Below, one piece after another: positions 5,980 to 7,900 of a stretch of DNA of 7,900 nt; positions within the stretch are counted from its first letter, which is position 1, and the number at the start of each line of letters is the position of its first letter. A program made the translations under genes and the position numbers. This DNA is from a virus. Taxonomy: Duplodnaviria > Heunggongvirae > Uroviricota > Caudoviricetes. The stretch spans positions 1-7,900 of the IMG/VR virus record IMGVR_UViG_2778261030_000021, one strand, 5' to 3'. The notes beneath the pieces were generated by a model. The model was not told the origin of the DNA, ran no database searches, and saw only the letters and a list, made by a program, of their open reading frames with translations.

Positions 5980-6120
5980 ATTCCTGAAAAACCCCAATTT
6001 TGTTGTTTTTCAGTTTCACCAGGGCGAACGAATCCCCGCCCACGTTCGGGCGCATATTCAATCTTCATGGTTATATCTCTGTATTAGTGGATGTGTGGCG
6101 GCTGCGTGCCGCCAGCGTGA

Positions 6121-6309
6121 TTAATGAACTGCCTTGCAGCTATCCTTCCAGGCCAGAACCTCGGATAAAGACCAGCCAACGGAACGACCGCCAAGTTTAC
6201 GACGTGATGGGAATTGTCCGGCCTTTTCCAGGCGGTAGCGGCATGAGCGGCTAAGGCCTGTTAGCTTTTCGCATTCTTTTTCACGTATAAACCGATCAGT
6301 GCTTAACAC
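6121..6309 (-). CDS. alpA: AlpA-family phage transcriptional regulator / excisionase-like HTH protein, 62 aa (GTG start)
   Basis: EKLTGLSRSCRYRLEKAGQFPSRRKLGGRSVGWSLSEVLAW matches the AlpA signature I recall (TG.SRST.Y......FP....LG.R.V.W...E...W). GTG at 6309..6307 with AAGGGG 5 nt upstream; no in-frame ATG is available. Confidence 0.8.
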   Translation of the reverse strand: MLSTDRFIREKECEKLTGLSRSCRYRLEKAGQFPSRRKLGGRSVGWSLSEVLAWKDSCKAVH

Positions 6310-6590
6310 TATTGCCCCTTTCGTTTCTTAAAGAGTTATTTCGTGTTCTATTGCGTTGGGATGTGTCTGATTGTGTCAGGATGATTCAGAGTTGGCAAAT
6401 GTTGAGGACGTATGGTTTACAGAAAGAGGAATAATCAGGATAAAATCATTTAAATTCATGTTAATACAAAGGCATAAAATATTGTTTCATGCCTTTTTTC
6501 TCGCTATTTAAAGAGTGATTCGCTAGTGTATAAAAAACCAGTAACACATTAAAAATCAGCCACTTATAAATCTGTACACTTTTTCGCCTC

Positions 6591-6640
6591 TTGTTCGTAG
6601 TTGTTCCGCATTGTTGCTCATTGTTGCACGTTGTATCTGT
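6591..6640. repeat. Five 10-bp-phased direct repeats beginning TTGTT (TTGTTCGTAG / TTGTTCCGCA / TTGTTGCTCA / TTGTTGCACG / TTGTATCTGT)
   Basis: Directly read, exact 10-bp register, between the integrase stop and the alpA upstream region. Confidence 0.5.
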
Positions 6641-6649
6641 TCGCATATC

Positions 6650-6665
6650 CAGTATGCGCATACTG
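6650..6665. repeat. Perfect 16-bp palindrome CAGTATGCGCATACTG
   Basis: Directly read. Lies 18 bp beyond the integrase stop and is flanked by A/T runs. Confidence 0.55.
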
Positions 6666-6682
6666 AAAAAATACGAAAAAAA

Positions 6683-7900
6683 TTATTTTCTTCTGGCTAC
6701 TGGTAGCGTGGTTACGTTTTCATGTGTTCCCGCCAGTATCCCTAACCGCTCCATCCACATATCCAGCGCATTGCGTTTAGCATCCAGATAACGGGAATGA
6801 TTATAAACTCGCTGCATTCCTGGCATCTGGTGGCCTGTAAGCTGCTCCACGACATGCGGATCAACGCCTAAATCGTTCAGCATGGTTGTAAAGGTGCGCC
6901 GGATGTCATGCAGTGACCAGTGAGGGTGATTAAGCCTCCTGTGCGCTAATCTTCCATACTGCGATACGCTGGCCTCCTGTTTCACTGCCCCCAGCAATAA
7001 GCCCGTGTGCCTGTTCTGCTCCACCAGCTGCGTGACGAACGGCAGGATCGCTTCCGGTATGGGCCGGAATATTGCGACCTTCGTTTTGCTGTGCTCCTTC
7101 GGAACGGTCCATAGCATTTCCGTAAAATCCCACTCCCCGATCTCTGATAACCTCAGTTCTACCGTTCTGGCTCCGAAGACAATCAGGAGGCGGATTAACG
7201 CGACGTAGTAAGGGGAAAATATTTTTTTATCCAGCGCCTGCAATAACTCGCCCAGTTCTTTGGTGCTTAAGACACGTTCGCTTATATCCGGTTTTTTCCC
7301 AACGTCCGCCACGTTCAGATCGTCCAGAACGTTGCTGATTGCATAGCGCCGCCTACGGCAGAACTTAAGCGCCTGTTTGCACGCCTGTAGCACGAATCCG
7401 GCAGTAACAGGCGTTCGCTTTGCCACCTGGTCAAAACAGGCCAGCCAGTGCCGTAGCTCGCATTTATCCAGCGGCATAGCACCAATCTGCTGTATTACGT
7501 GATTATTAAGTCGCCTTTTCAGGGCGATATAATCCACGCGGTTTTCCTTTACGTAAGACTCAAGCCAGTAGGTGAGCGCATCGCCAACCGTTACGGGCTT
7601 TAACGCTTCCTGTACGGTGTAATTCATCTCATGACGTGGATTTTTCCCCTCAGCCAGCCATGCGCGGCACTGGGCGGCTTTTTCCCTGGCTGCTTTCAGA
7701 CTCAGATCAGGATAATTTCCCAGCTTAATACGTTCCGGTCGTGTCTCTCTTCCCGTTCCTGCCCTGTAAGTGAAATACCAGGTTAATTTCCCTGATGTTA
7801 AATATTTCACGCTCAGATTTCCGCCATCGCTATAAAACGTGTTTTTCTCCGCTGGCTTACCATGAAGTTTCCTTAGCAATGTGTCGCTCAGTTTGTTCAT
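6683..7900 (-). CDS. int: Tyrosine recombinase / phage integrase (P4-type), 405 aa
   Basis: 405-aa ORF starting with ATG exactly at the window edge (the true start could lie upstream). Integrase-like C-terminal region including HDIRRTFTT and the tail ...MQRVYNHSRYLDAKRNALDMW with candidate catalytic Tyr. Confidence 0.88.
   Translation of the reverse strand: MNKLSDTLLRKLHGKPAEKNTFYSDGGNLSVKYLTSGKLTWYFTYRAGTGRETRPERIKLGNYPDLSLKAAREKAAQCRAWLAEGKNPRHEMNYTVQEALKPVTVGDALTYWLESYVKENRVDYIALKRRLNNHVIQQIGAMPLDKCELRHWLACFDQVAKRTPVTAGFVLQACKQALKFCRRRRYAISNVLDDLNVADVGKKPDISERVLSTKELGELLQALDKKIFSPYYVALIRLLIVFGARTVELRLSEIGEWDFTEMLWTVPKEHSKTKVAIFRPIPEAILPFVTQLVEQNRHTGLLLGAVKQEASVSQYGRLAHRRLNHPHWSLHDIRRTFTTMLNDLGVDPHVVEQLTGHQMPGMQRVYNHSRYLDAKRNALDMWMERLGILAGTHENVTTLPVARRK

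Larger units (their letters stand above)
1..7900. mobile_element. Part of an integrative phage-satellite / PICI-like element (P4-type integration and replication module plus a capsid gene); both element ends lie outside the window
   Basis: Gene content and order: integrase, AlpA, divergent regulatory region, primase-helicase, iterons, SSB, capsid. Nearly all genes are on the minus strand with ATGA start/stop overlaps. Confidence 0.7.

Noticed and set aside
5043-6068. 341-aa minus-strand ORF from the track
   Set aside because: Cys/Arg/Ser-rich low-complexity translation that runs antisense through two plus-strand genes with good RBSs and through a strong plus-strand terminator. Only the last 67 codons (from ATG 5246 with GAGGT SD) look like a real gene.
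5668-6254. Plus-strand ORFs 5750..6124, 5890..6087 and 6000..6254, and the longer 5668 start for the Arg-rich gene
   Set aside because: They read through the intrinsic terminator at 5951-5979 or overlap alpA antisense. ATG 5683 has the better SD spacing than 5668.
6310-6682. tRNA gene or att core between alpA and int
   Set aside because: Region is AT-rich with no GC-rich acceptor-stem-like cloverleaf. With int transcribed leftwards from the window edge, the tRNA/att site is expected beyond 7900.
6461-6791. ORFs 6461..6661 (minus) and 6591..6791 (plus)
   Set aside because: Lie in the AT-rich repeat-containing spacer or overlap the integrase 3' end antisense; better explained as regulatory DNA.
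6930-7208. ORFs 6930..7133 (minus) and 7005..7208 (plus)
   Set aside because: Embedded within the integrase gene, in another frame or antisense.
1-7900. P4 Sid/Psu/Delta (capsid-size and late-control) homologs
   Set aside because: No ORF in the window has the size or context expected for these; if present they lie outside the window.

Overview
The window reads as one integrated mobile element of the enterobacterial P4-satellite / PICI type, all called from sequence alone. Right end: a tyrosine integrase (6683-7900, minus) and an AlpA-family regulator (6121-6309, minus). A divergent control region (5247-5445) with three GTGTT-N-AACAC palindromes separates a short plus-strand pair (RHH-like 59 aa and Arg-rich 57 aa, ending in an intrinsic terminator) from a leftward operon of three small proteins translationally coupled to a P4-alpha/D5-type primase-helicase (2610-4427). 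Directly 3' of the primase is an array of TGTTCACC octamers in both orientations (2368-2597), which I read as the replication origin. Further left are an 81aa / SSB-like / PerC-like operon, a 74-aa gene bracketed by two near-identical terminators, and an HK97-fold major capsid gene running off the left edge. The most interesting unexplained structure is regulatory: an RBS-sequestering hairpin-U7 abutting the capsid start with a competing upstream complement, and 10-bp-phased GAACAA/TTGTTC arrays at two distant loci. No CRISPR, tRNA or rRNA was found. The ORF track reports GTG starts as M, so several starts were re-derived by hand; all functional names are motif-level recollection, not search results.
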